Origin: Octopus vulgaris
Taxonomy: Eukaryota
NCBI GenBank assembly: GCA_951406725.2
Contig: OX597816.1
Span: 60,202,001-60,266,000, forward strand
Length of the DNA stretch: 64,000 nt
Direction: 5' to 3'
In this document: in pieces, positions 26,641 to 39,009 of the stretch
Layout: each line of letters opens with the position of its first letter
How positions within the stretch are numbered: the stretch's first letter is position 1
Notes under the pieces: model-generated
What the model was told of the DNA's origin: nothing
Database searches by the model: none
Seen by the model: only the letters and a program-made list of their open reading frames with translations
Translations under genes and position numbers: made by a program

Positions 26641-27429
26641 ATAGTAAAGTTTTGTTATCATCATTTGGCAGCAAAGAAGTAAAAGGTGAGAGAACCTTGA
26701 TGAGCTGTAAGAACGACAGAGTAAATTTTTCATTATTTACATTTGACAGATTGCTCAGTGCCTAAAACATTGTGCAAAGAATATAAGTAATGGTTGTGAT
26801 ACACACCACGAAAAAATGATCAAGCTCAATAACAATCTATAAAGCAACAACTACCCGCAAAACATTATCCACTCCAATTATGCAGAAGAGAGAGGATGAA
26901 ACCAATAAACTGTCCACAGTCTGTCTACCCTAAGTGAAAGGCCTCTCAGAAAAGATACAAAAGATATGTGCCCTATATGACATCAGGACAGTTTTCAACA
27001 GTAATACAACACTTTGCAAATATCTCCTTCTAGTAAAACCACCAATAGAAGAGAATATGACCAAAGACTGCATGTACTCCATCTCATGCAGCTACAGTAG
27101 GTTTTACAAAGGTGAAACATGCTACCTCCTCAAAATAAGGTTAGAGGAACATCGCAAAGCTGTGATACGAGGAGATATTGATAAATCGGGTATTGCTGAT
27201 CATGTATGGAAAATGGAGACCACCTCCCCCTGTGGGATGAAGTTAAAATAATAGACAGAGAACACAACTGTAAAATATGAAAACTGAAAGAAGCAGCACA
27301 TATGCTAGGACACAACAACCTCATAAGCAGACCGAGTACAGATATGAATAGCATATGAGAACTGGTATTAAGGAAGAATAGGAAAATATGAGATATATAA
27401 GCCCTAAAATTCACTCTATAATTGCCCAT

Positions 27430-27503
27430 GGGCATATAGCATAGTGGTTAAGAGTGCGGGCTACTAACCCCAAGATTCCGAGTTTGATTCCAAGCCGTAA
27501 CCT
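27430..27503 (+). promoter_or_regulatory. tRNA-like segment (Pol III A/B boxes) inside the Penelope pseudo-LTR
   Basis: A-box tagcatagtgg, anticodon-arm-like gggctactaaccc, B-box-like gtttgattcc; acceptor stem poorly paired. Confidence 0.65.
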
Positions 27504-27587
27504 GAATAATAATAATATAATAATAATAATAATAATAACATTGTAAAATACCTTAGGAATGAGAACCCAGGTTCAAAATTTCCCCAA

Positions 27588-27633
27588 GACACCTGATGAA
27601 GGCTGGAGGGAATATCAGCCAAAACGTTGTATT
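27588..27633 (+). ncRNA. Hammerhead-like motif of the pseudo-LTR, G12 mutated
   Basis: gacac-CTGATGA-a-GGCTG-loop-CAGCC-AAAA (GAAA expected)-CGTT-gtatt; AACGTT palindrome. Confidence 0.65.
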
Positions 27634-27850
27634 AACAACAAACAAGATGAGGACAAATATCCATCAAATGTAAATAATGTAAACAATGTACATAATTCCT
27701 CATCTCTTAAATATAGAACTGTATAATTTTTTTCAGTCCTCATCCAAAGCTACTGAAAATTTTCATAGGGTAACCAGGTAGTCTAATTTCACAGCAAGAG
27801 TAAATACATCATATAGATATGAAAATAAACACACACTCTCTCTCTCTCTT

Positions 27851-27883
<33 letters not shown>

Positions 27884-28026
27884 TAAATGTAAAATCATAA
27901 GGAAGAACAGAGGCAGAATAATATGCGAGTATAAATAACTCCAAGAAGCTATCTGCATGAAAAACAACGCTGCATTGATCACCAAAAATCTAAGCCCAAA
28001 ATAATTATGACGAGACATATACATAC

Positions 28027-28060
<34 letters not shown>

Positions 28061-28066
28061 TAGAAT

Positions 28067-28230
28067 CAGGGCTGACACAAGGTACCAGCAACTCAGGCAG
28101 TTGCCTGGAGTGCCATGTGCTAAGGGGGTGCCAAGGAGGGCATGAAGACAAAGAAATTTCCACAACTGTCAGCTTGTACACGCTGAAGTTCAGCTTTCCT
28201 AGGGTGCCAGCAACCCAAGGGTTGGCCCTG
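28067..28230. mobile_element. hAT-type MITE
   Basis: Termini cagggctgac / gttggccctg; exact 8-bp TSD agtagaat at 28059-28066 and 28231-28238. Confidence 0.85.
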
Positions 28231-28262
28231 AGTAGAATAAGAAATAATGGTACAGTATTATA

Positions 28263-28440
28263 CAGGGTGTCCCAGAAGTCGAGCACCATTCTGGTTTTCA
28301 TTTTAAATAATCAAAGCATTTTATTTTATATGTTTTTCAGCATGTTTTATTGTAGAGGGTGCTCAATTAGAGTATTTGTTACAATCAGTTTCAATAAAGT
28401 GCTTTTGGAATTAATAAGGGTGTATTCTTGGGACACCCTG
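28263..28440. mobile_element. Tc1/mariner-type MITE
   Basis: TIRs cagggtgtccca / tgggacaccctg flanked by TA. Confidence 0.85.
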
Positions 28441-28444
28441 TATA

Positions 28445-28758
28445 TTTGAAAAAAATGAATAGAAATAGCTTTTCTGATAATTTTTCCACTTTAATAATAA
28501 GATAGTGGAAAAGTTATCAGAAAAGCCATTTCTATTCCTTTTTTCAAACATCATCATCATCATCATTTAACATCCTCTCTGTATGCTGGCATGGGCTAGA
28601 CGGCTTGATCCATGTCAGCATAAAGAGTGGACGTTAAATGATGATGATATCTGAAAGAATGAATAAAAATGGTTTATCTGATAATTTTGACACATCAGTA
28701 TTTAGATAGTGGGAAAATTATCAGAAAAGGTGTTTCTATTCCATTTTTTTTCAAATAT
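28445..28758. repeat. Three adjacent ~100-bp imperfect palindromes
   Basis: 28445-28548 and 28650-28758 are related hairpins; 28549-28648 is a tail-out pair of RTE 3' ends. Confidence 0.75.
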
Positions 28759-30269
28759 ATAATACTGCACCAAGAATTTTTTATTTCTTATTCTACTATA
28801 TATTAATGTGTGTGTGTGTATGTGTATGTGAGAGAGAGAGAGAGAGAGAGAGAGACTATTATTGTTTTATTTCAGCAAATATTGGAAGCAATTCCAGAAT
28901 CACAAAGTAAACGTACAAGATGATATGATCGTTGGTGAAGAAAAATAGAACTGTCTTGAGAATAAATAACTGAGAGTTGTTCTCTGCAGGAAACCCTTAA
29001 AGAGTGAAATGTTTGCCCTTTTCAAAAGAAATCCCCAAAATTTAAAATTATTTCTCCCTTGAATGATAATGTTTTGAACTCCTTCTGGGAGGTAATTACA
29101 ATCAAAGTAGAAGGGCCTTGAAATGGATGTAGGGAGAGTGCTTGGTATGAGAGTAAAAATGGTGCACTGGGATTAGAAATATGGATAAAAGCATAAGAAC
29201 TATACCTGGGTTTACAATTATTCAGGCAGTCTCACAATAAGTAAACAGCAATCCTATTGGATACCCCTAAAAAAGACGTTGTGGTCATGGCCAGAATGTC
29301 TTTGATCATAAGTCTGCATGGTCAGAGACATGGGGCTAAATGACAACCCCCTTAATAAGTCCTAACGTTGGTACAAGGCCATACATTTTAGGCAAGAGTC
29401 TAGCCAATTTAATTAACATCATTACCTGATTGGGATGTACTTCTACTACAGCCCCTGCAGGAATGAAAAGCAAAGCTAACATTACTATGATATGAACCCA
29501 GAAAATAAAAATCTTTGATCAAGAAATTCTGCTAATGTTGTACAGTTGATAATATGAATGGTAAAGTTGACCCAGGCAAGATCTGAACTCAGAACATTTG
29601 TAATTAAATAGCATGCTGAAACAAGTGAAAATAAAATCAATAAGCAATGAAATAAAGAAATAAACCCCTATAAATCATTCCATTATTTTCTTCTTTTTAT
29701 ATTACCATTTCTTGTTTAAGTTTGCTGCTCAAATTTCTGTTTAATTTTGCCATTAATCAACGCATAAGCACAGCCAAACCTCCGTTGCCTATTGATTTCT
29801 TCCACTAGTGTTTTTGTAAGGAACAGATGGTGCATCACTAAAAATACTGATAGATTTCAGACCTTAATGTTTTGCCAGTAGAAAGGGTGACATCTGTTGT
29901 TATTGGCAACAGTAGCAGCCAATTAAATGCTAGACACTGTGGTGGATAGCATTGGTAAGTTGACTGGTGTTATGTCATCATAGCCAAGTAAATATTAATT
30001 AGGTATTCAGATACTTAACAGTTCAGATACGGCCTTGTTTTCCATCAAATATTAATACCTCAGGGAACTGAAATAAAATTGAATTGTTGCTGTTTGGCCC
30101 ATCTGGCCCAGACAGGCTTGTTTGAGTAGATCTGTAATAAAAAGAGTTCCAGTAGTGCCCAGCCCCGTTTTCTTTTCTTTCTGACATGATGAATCAAGAA
30201 TTATATTACCAAGTTCCACAAGCTGCAGTTATGAGCAAACTGTGGCCCAAAAGGCTTTCTGAATGGTGT

Positions 30270-30800
30270 TCTTTTATTCTTTTACTTGTTTCAGTCTTCT
30301 GACTGTAGCCATGCTGGAGCACCATTTTAAAGAAATCAACCCCAGGACTTATTCTTTGTATGCCTTGTACTTATTCTATTGGTCCTTTTTGCCGAACCAC
30401 CAAAGTACAGAAATACAAACACACCAATATTGATTGTCAAGCAATAGGGGTGGTGCTGGTGGGGGCAAACACAGACACAAAGACATGCACACAAATATAC
30501 ATACATATATATATATATATGATGGTCTTCTGTCAGTTTCTGTTTACCAAGTCCACTTACAAGGCTTTGGTTAGTCAGAGGCTACAGTAGAAGACACTTG
30601 TCCAAGGTGCCATGCAGTGGGACTGAATCTGGAACCATGTGGTTGGGAAGTAAGCTTCTAGCAACACAGCCAGGCCTGCACTTATCTTAAATTTGTTTAG
30701 CAATGGCACCTTGGGCAAGTGTCTTCTACTATAGCCTTGAGCTGACCAAAGCCTTGTGAGTGGATTTGGTAGATGGAAACTGAAAGAAGCTCGTCGTATG

Positions 30801-30842
<42 letters not shown>

Positions 30843-31050
30843 CATTTGTGTGTCTGTAGTCTCCCCAACATCGTTTGACAACTGATGCTGGTGTGTTACG
30901 TCCCTGTAACTTAGCAGTTTGGCAAAAGAGACCAATAGAATAAGTACTAGGCTTACAAAGAATAAGTCCTGGGGTCGATTTGCTTGACTAAAGGCAGTGC
31001 TCCAGCATGGCCACAGTCAAATGACTGAAACAAGCAAAAGAGTTAAAGAG
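30270..31050. mobile_element. Divergent head-to-head pair of family A SINEs
   Basis: Minus copy ~30270-30680 and plus copy ~30703-31050. Confidence 0.85.
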
Positions 31051-32387
31051 CAACGTGATTTGCCTGATGAGACATGTCTCATTTGGCTTGCTTCACAAAA
31101 AAGTTGCCAATGCCATTGAAGGGAGTTTTGATGCTATTTCCTTTAAGTCAAGTAACCATGAAGAGGCTTTCTCATTCATTGGCTTTATGTAGTTGTCCCA
31201 CTTGTTAGAAACTGTAGCCCAAAGGTCGAAGTTTGTTTCAGTAGAATTCAGCTATTCAAACTGTCAACTGACATGATATGAACCAATTACTGAAAGTCCA
31301 ACTGTATTGTATGAGATCTTGTCAAATCATGTTTGGCCTTTTTTTTTTTTTTAAGTAACTTCTAGCAAAGAGGAAAACAACTAACGATAAAACAGCCATT
31401 GAGCAACCATAGAAATATTTTGGGAGTTACAAAAGGAAATGAAAGAAGCTAAGAACCATAGAGCAATCATCATGGGATTTAAAAGCACCAAGATCACATT
31501 TATCTGGAGAAAAAGAAGAAAGAGGAAGGAGATCCATAAGACAAATAGTTGAGGAAAGAAACCACTTGAGGAGAAGACTGCAGCATTGAAAGGATGAATA
31601 TTCACAGAAAGATGAGTCATTTCACTGGTAACCTTAGCAGGAAGTACAATGAAAGAAAGTTCTTGTGGTTTGATTAGCAGCTCTGTTGGGTGGCTTACTT
31701 GAAACATTAGCACAACTTATGATATATGATATCATATGAGGTTAATAGAAGTGGTAATGCTTTGTTTGTTAAATGCAGCTTTTTGTCTAGTGAAAAATTA
31801 ATCCATTATTTTACAGCTCAAACTTTCTTAGGTTTTATAAAAGTAAAATTTTGAAAATGCTATGAGCACTGTCTGCTCTCACTGACCATTGTGTTATTTG
31901 TTCAGCTTAAACAAAACATACAGCTCTACTTGTTCTGATACATCTTATCTGGTACCTCTCAAAGACAGTTGCACAAAGTGATGCAATGTTGGACAGATTA
32001 TCACCATTTTGATAATTTAATCATCATCATTATCATCATCATCATCATTATCGTCATCATCATCATTATTTAACGTCCACTTTTCCATGAGTCAGACGGA
32101 ATTTGTTGAGGCAGATTTTCTATAGCAAAATAATATATACTCATAGCTAGATATGTTTTTTTCCCATGGTGACTTGAAATGAACAATACCCCTTGTATGA
32201 CAGTGATGCTCATCACGTGATGTCAAGAGAAGGGTACACACACAAACACAATGAGCTTCTTTCAGTTTCTGTCTACCAAATCCACTAACAAGGTTTTGTT
32301 CAGCCTGGGACTACAGAAGAAAACACTACCTGCTCTTATCAAATTAAAAGGGGGTCCAAAGTTCAGATTTTATTATTAGCACCCCTG

Positions 32388-32836
32388 AAGGTGGCGAGCT
32401 GGCAGAAACGTTAGCACTCTGGGTGAAATGCTCAGCAGTATTTCGTCTACCGTTATGTTCTGAGTTCAAATTCCGCCGAGGTCGACTTAGCCTTTCATCC
32501 TTTTGGGGGTCAATTAAATAAGTACCAGTCATGCACTGGGGTCGATGTAATTGACTTAATCCCTTTGTCTGTCCTTGTTTGACCCCTCTATGTTTAGCCC
32601 CTTGAGGGCAATAAAGAAATAAGAAACTTTAGCACGCCAAGCAAATTCTTAGTGGCACTTCAACCCTCTTTACATTCTGAGTTCAAATGCAGCTGGTGTC
32701 GACTTTGCCTTTCATCCTTTTTCTGGCGGGGAGGGGGTTCGATAAAATAAGTACCAGTTGAGCACTGGGGTCGATGTAATCTATATACACTCCCCCTCAA
32801 TGTTGCTGGCCTTCTGCCAAAATTTGAAACCATTAT
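32388..32836 (+). mobile_element. Two tandem family B SINEs
   Basis: ggtggcgagctggcagaaacgttagc...gcctttcatcctt...aataaagaaataag, followed by a second body. Confidence 0.85.
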
Positions 32837-33049
32837 TAGCACTCCTGTTTCAACTATAACTATTCTCTCTTCCCTTGGGCATTGCATATAAAGGCTACAT
32901 AATTTGATAGGTCCCACCCATTTTTAAGAGAACAGGATGTAATGTGAGAGAGATTAAACTGCTACTTCTAGTGAGTGAAGTGACCATGTAGTAGTTCCCC
33001 TTGTAAGTTTGTGAACCTTGTATAGTATAATTTGTACCTCTGAATATGA

Positions 33050-33382
33050 TACATAATTCGAGCATGATCATTACCGTGTCGCCCTATTAGCACTTGTGCT
33101 GGTGGCACATGAAACATTCGAGCGAGGTCGTCGCCAGTGCTGCTGGACTGGCTACTGTGCAGGTGGCACACAAAAAGCACCATTTGGGCGTGGCCGTTGC
33201 CAGTACCACCAAACTGGCCCTCGTGCCGGTGGCACGTAAAAGCATCCACTACACTCTCAGAGTGGTTGGCATTAGGAAGGGCATCCAGCCGTAGAAACTC
33301 TGCCAGATCAGATTGGAGTCTGGTTCGCCAGACCTCAGTCAAATCGTCCAACCCATGCTGCATGGAAAGCGGACATTAAATG

Positions 33383-33413
<31 letters not shown>
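33050..33413 (+). mobile_element. RTE 3' UTR fragment with (GAT)n tail
   Basis: gtgccggtggcacgtaaaagca repeats, aggaagggcatccagccgtagaaac, (gat)n. Confidence 0.85.
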
Positions 33414-33415
<2 letters not shown>

Positions 33416-34420
33416 TCTATATAACAGATTCATTACACCAGAGAAAGCAATCTCAATTAAGTGAAAGGCAAAATAAACTTAATATTTAGTTTTGTCCATT
33501 TATGCTCAGAGTTCAAATCTCCAAGGCCAACTTTACCTTTCATCTTTCTGGAGTTGATATAATGAGTTACCAATCAGCTGCTGGGGTCAATTCAATCAGC
33601 TGAAAATAATAATAATAATAATGGTGTCTTCAAGGATTGTTTAAGCAAAAAGCTAAACCAAGAATTTGAAATCAATCTTTAGTTACTGTCTGCACTTTAA
33701 GGTCAAATGAGAGTGTGAAACCTAGTGGTTAGAGTATTATTGTGAAGAGCAAAACGGCCAGGTATTATTAGCTTTGAAAAACATAATAATGGAACAATGC
33801 CACACAAGTTTATAATTGATGGGATACGTGGCACATCTATCATTGTGTTTGACATAAGTTGACCGAAACAAAAAATCCTACCCTGCAAATTTGCAGCCTT
33901 GTCTCATGATAGAAATCAGTATTCTATGTACATACATACATACACAGACATGCACACAGGCATACATATACACCCTTATACCACATAGACACATATATAC
34001 ACACATACATACGTTTATATACATATATTTATACATATAAACATATGTACATTTATATATATATACATACATATATATACACATACAAACATACATATAT
34101 ATATATATATGCATACACACACACACACACACACACTCACATATGTACATGCACATGTCTATGTATGTAGGTATGTGTGTATATATAAAATCAATAAATG
34201 CAAATTTGCTTTTAAAACAATTACATGATTGTTTCTATGTTTATATTATTTTTATTTTAAAATAGGGCAAAAAGAGAAACAAAAACAAAAAAAAACACTA
34301 TGGAACTATTTCCAAATCAGTGATGCTAAATAAACAATAGAGTTATAAATATATCTGTATCTCTAATCTATCTGTAATTCCAAGCTGTTTAGTTCACTGA
34401 GTAAGTAATATATTCTTTAA

Positions 34421-34957
34421 CCTTTTAGCATTTAAACTACCCATATCTGACCCAAATATTCTGCTAATTTTAAATTCAAGCCAGCAAAATCTGCCCTTTT
34501 ACACATAACCTACACTGTCATTCTAAAATTAAACAATATCATCCTCAAAATCTCGAAGCTATGATATTCTTTTATTCTTTTAATTGTTTCAGTCATTTGA
34601 CTGCGACCCTGCTGGAGCACCACTTTTAGTCGAGCAAATCAATCCCAGGACTTATTCTTTGTAAGCCTAGTACTTATTCTATCGGTCTTTTTTGCTGAAC
34701 CACTAAGTCACAGGTACATAAACACCCCATAATCTGTTGTCAAGTGATGTTGGGGGGACAAACATGGACACACAAACATACACACAAACATACACACACA
34801 TGTGTATATATATATATATATATCATCATCATCATCATCATCGTTTAACGTCCGTAATATATATATATATAAATCATATTGTGTGAAATTTGATTTAGTA
34901 GTTCTAAATTGAATTTTTTTCCCTGTAAGTTTGGATTTATATTCCCTCAAATAATAA

Positions 34958-34994
<37 letters not shown>

Positions 34995-35220
34995 CGGGCT
35001 TCTTTCAGTTTCTGTCTACCAAATGCACTCACAAGGCTTTGATCAGGCCTGAAGCTATAGTAGAAGACACTTGCCCATGATACCACACAGTTGGACTGAG
35101 CCTGGAACCATGTGGTTGGTAACCAAGCTACTTACCACACAGCCACTCAAGCATCATTAATTAAAAACAATGTGAATAAAGAAGCACTTTATTTGACAGA
35201 GTGATCTGAATGCTAAAGAG
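34421..35220. mobile_element. TTAA-flanked non-autonomous DNA transposon (piggyBac-like) containing a minus-strand family A SINE (34565-35148)
   Basis: ttaa|ccttttagcatt ... aatgctaaagag|ttaa. Confidence 0.7.
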
Positions 35221-36104
35221 TTAACTCTTGGTATATTAAGTTTAATGATTCTTAATCTTTTTAATAACATTGTATATGGGATAATTTCTGATTCTACAAT
35301 GCAAGACCTCATGTATTAAAGTGTTTATACTTAAATTAGTATGATTGTCTAATCAAGCAGTGTTAGCTAATTATTATTAGATGTTATTAAGATATGAACT
35401 GGCAGAATTGTTATCATGCTGGATGAAATGCTAAGCGGTATTTTGTCCATCTTCACATTCTGAGTTAAAATTCTACTGACATTCACTTTGCCTTTCATCC
35501 TTTCAGGGTCAATAAAATAAGTACCAGTTGTGCACTGGGGTCAATGTAGTCGACTATTCCCCTCTCCCAAATTTCTGGCTTCATGGCTATAGCAGAAATG
35601 ATTATTAGGTTTTATTGTTGTTTAACTATTTTGTTATCATATTTCTGTTGAAATACTCTACCTCTGTTACTGTTAATTTTTAAAATAATGAAGAATTTTA
35701 AAGAAATAACTGTAATTAAAAAGCTGATGTTTGGAACATAAATGAAAATGATATTTTGATAGAATTGTTTTTTTTTTAAACAGATGGCTTCAAAACAAAA
35801 TTTGTATCCTAAAACCAAGAGTATCTGTATCCTAAAACACACACGTACAAATTTTCAGTAGTGATCCAGAGAAGGAGTACACAACACACATGTAAAGGGC
35901 AGTTGTTTATTTAAGCTAGTCCAGACTAAAAGACCATTGGACTAATTTAAATAAACCACACATTTATATACATATATATATTCATACAAACACACATACA
36001 CATACAAAAATATACACATACATATAAATACACACACAATTATATATTCATGCATATATATATGTGCATAACATACACATGTTTATATATATATATATAT
36101 ATAT

Positions 36105-36535
36105 CATCATCATCATCATCATCATCATCATTTAGCGTCCGTTTTCCATGCTAGCATGGGTTGGACGGTTCTACTGGGGTCTGTGAAGCCAGAAGGCTTC
36201 ATCAGGCCCAGTCAAATCTGGCAGTGTTTCTACGGCTGGATGCCCTTCCTAACGCCAACCACTCCGTGAGTGTAGTGGGTGCTTTTTACGTGCCACCCGC
36301 ACAGGTGCCAGACAGAGCTGGCAAACGGCCACAAACGGATGGTGCTTTTTATGTGCCACCGGCACGAGGGCCAGGCGAGGCTGGCAACGGACACGAATGG
36401 ATGGTGCTTTTTACGTGCCACCGGCACGAGGCCAGTCGGGCGACGCTGGCAACGGTCGCGAAACGGAAGGTTCTCTTACATGCCACCAGCACTGGTAACA
36501 CATCTGCAATTTCCATTGATCGATTTCGATTCTGA
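36105..36535 (-). mobile_element. RTE 3' end fragment, same subfamily as 53450-55475
   Basis: Near reverse complement of 55108-55475 with an extra sub-repeat. Confidence 0.9.
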
Positions 36536-36607
36536 TATTAGTGCTGTGCTGGAAGATATCAAATGGCTAGAAGAGAGAATGTGAAACTCAGCTAAAAACA
36601 TAGCAAT
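36532..36607. repeat. 76-bp perfect inverted copy of 37210-37285
   Basis: ctgatattagtgctg...aaacatagcaat versus attgctatgttt...cactaatatcag. Confidence 0.93.
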
Positions 36608-36638
36608 ATATGTGTATATATGTGTATATAGCAATAAC

Positions 36639-36711
<73 letters not shown>

Positions 36712-36712
<1 letters not shown>

Positions 36713-36913
36713 GGGGAGAATTCACAAAAAAAGAAAAGACGAAGACAGGTGGTGGAGACAACAAACAGATGTATTAGTATAATGCTCGGGAAGTGAAAAA
36801 GTCTTTAATGTTTCGAACCTACACTCTTCCACAGAAACGAACACAGAAAGAAACAAGGAGAGAAAATAAAGAGAGAAAATAAAGAATGCGTAGTGGCTAG
36901 CGATCTATCATGA
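36712..36913 (-). mobile_element. (TA)n-embedded short element with hammerhead-like variant (36803-36837)
   Basis: Minus strand ttt-CTGTGGA-a-GAGT-gtag-GTTC-GAAA-CATTA-aag; homologous to 38495-38680. Confidence 0.6.
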
Positions 36914-37232
36914 TACATATATACATACATGATTCAACATATATACACAGCTATAATACATACAAGCAAATATATTTATTTGTGTGCCTGATCCAATAAA
37001 TATTGATCAATAAAATATATCCCAGACTAAAATAGGTGCTGGAGTTGATATGGTCATGTAAAATCTTTGAATGTGGTATCCCAGCATGGCCACAGCCCAC
37101 TGACTGAAATCCATAAAAGAAATTAAAAAAAGTCGAAACAAATGAAACACCTATCTCTTATTCATTGGAAGTTTGGTTAAGAGAAGATTAAGTAACCCAA
37201 ATCATAATAATTGCTATGTTTTTAGCTGAGTT

Positions 37233-37321
37233 TCACATTCTCTCTTCTAGCCATTTGATATCTTCCAGCACAGCACTAATATCAGCTACTGATGTATCGA
37301 CCTCAATACACTGGTCAATAT
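37233..37321 (-). CDS. Candidate terminal coding exon of an unidentified host gene
   Basis: tcttcattcatgatag| then (x)AT ATT GAC CAG.. = IDQCIEVDTSVADISAVLEDIKWLEERM-stop; phase matches 43281-43311. Confidence 0.5.
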
Positions 37322-38407
37322 CTATCATGAATGAAGATAGGTGAAATACTCCATCACAAAATATATACATAAATAAATAAATGAAAAAAAAATGCACCAT
37401 GAACAGTTATAAACAAATAAAAGATCCCTGAAGAAAAACGAATGTAAAAATAAAATATTAAGGAGGGAAAAGAAGAAGAAATAGAAAAATCTTCAAATCT
37501 TTTTCTATTCTAAGTATCATTGTTGAAATGATGCTGCATTGAATTTCTTCCTTTACTTTTTCTTTTCTTTTTTTTTTTTTTGGTAAGACAAAGGCAAAAG
37601 ATGTTGAAGGAGGTGGTATCAAGTTGAGATGAAAACAGACCCATAAACAATGGAATTAGCTTGACATAGTTGCAGCAACACAGAGCCATCCATATATAGT
37701 TATTATTTCCAGTTCTGATATCATAGATATTCAATTACAGTAGTGATGATATGAAGTGACCTTTATTGAACTGACAGCTATAACTGAATCATTGGCAGCA
37801 GAACTAAGGAGAGTGGCTGCATACAAAATCTCTCCAAGAGAAATTTTAAGAGGGAATAATATTGAGCAGAAAGGTTACAATGATGATGATGAGAACAAGG
37901 ATTACAGCGACGGTGAGGATGACAATGATAGGACGGTAATGATGATGAGGATGAAGATGACGATGATGGTGAGAACAAGAATGACAATGAGAATTCTATT
38001 GATTTTTTTGAGTAGTTTTTGAAATGCTACTTTGAATATTGATTGCTTGTTTCCAACTGAGAAGAACTCGATGATTAAAAGGTTGTAAAGATTATAATCT
38101 AAGTAAACAGTTAAACTATTTGAAGATATTGAATTTCTGGACAAAAAATCTTATTATTAATAGTTTTAAACAATTAAAGAGAAAGTAGGAAAGAAAAAAA
38201 TGGGAAAAGAAAAATTGCAGTCAGAAATATTACTAAGATGATAAATTATCTCTGATTTGTTAAAATCCTTTACTAGCATCAGCAGATTTGGTGGATATTA
38301 TAAACAAATTAGCAATATTGACCTCAACATCATGATAGAGTGATGAAATATTAATAGTGTGTGTATGTGTGTGTGTGTGTGACTGAAACAAATGAAAGAA
38401 TAAAAGA

Positions 38408-38448
<41 letters not shown>

Positions 38449-38454
38449 CATACA

Positions 38455-38490
<36 letters not shown>

Positions 38491-38494
38491 TATA

Positions 38495-38680
38495 GGGAGA
38501 GTGTATGAAAAAAACAAAAGATGAAGACAGGTGGTATACAAAACAAACAGATGTATTAGTATAACACTCAGGAATAGAAAAAGTCTTTTACGTTTTGAGC
38601 CTACGCTCTTCTACAGAAAGGGACACAGAAAAAACAAGGAGAGAATGTGTGTTGTGGCTAACGATCTATCATGGTGAACT
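38495..38680 (-). mobile_element. (TA)n-embedded short element with hammerhead-like variant (38585-38620)
   Basis: Minus strand cttt-CTGTAGA-a-GAGC-gtag-GCTC-AAAA-CGTA-aaag; TA tracts on both sides. Confidence 0.6.
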
Positions 38681-38704
38681 ATATATATATATATATATAT
38701 ATTT

Positions 38705-38950
38705 AGTTCACAGCATCTTTGAGCAAACAGTCTTGAAGTGAGCAAAATGGAGATTGTTATGTCAAAATGGTATTACAGAGTCTGTTTCAACCAGCATTAA
38801 CAGGTTTAGAGGTGGAAGGCCAAGGAGAAAAGTGGCTGCAAATATAGTGCCTGCACTAACCCATAATCTTCATACAGGCAACATGTACAGTCTTCTTTGC
38901 AAATCGTTGGTGGGACTCAAATGTCACATTCAACACAAGCATTATAATTG
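38705..38950 (+). mobile_element. Ancient LINE ORF2 C-terminal remnant (RTE-like)
   Basis: WRLLCQNGI..RPRRK..LCKSLVGLKCHIQHKH resembles the C-terminal zinc-finger region of RTE ORF2. Confidence 0.4.
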
Positions 38951-39009
38951 ACAAAGAAAATGTAGGTTGTTGGATCCTCATACATCAATCTTCAAAAGTC
39001 CAGCATATA

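Larger units (their letters stand above)
26731..27722 (+). mobile_element. 5'-truncated Penelope-like element (Penelope/Poseidon-type GIY-YIG) with pseudo-LTR
   Basis: ORF 26934-27251 VKGLSEKI..CMYSISCS..FYKGET..LKIRLEEH..KSGIADHVW, continuing by frameshift as WDEVKIIDRE..KLKEA; 26731-26746 is the exact reverse complement of 27664-27679. Confidence 0.88.

Noticed and set aside
31064-31085. CTGATGA followed by a hairpin
   Set aside because: No GAAA or stem III follows; not counted as a hammerhead.
37756-38022. 88-aa acidic ORF
   Set aside because: Second half is a degenerate (GAT)n tract; first half noted only as a weak echo of the decayed plus-strand family.
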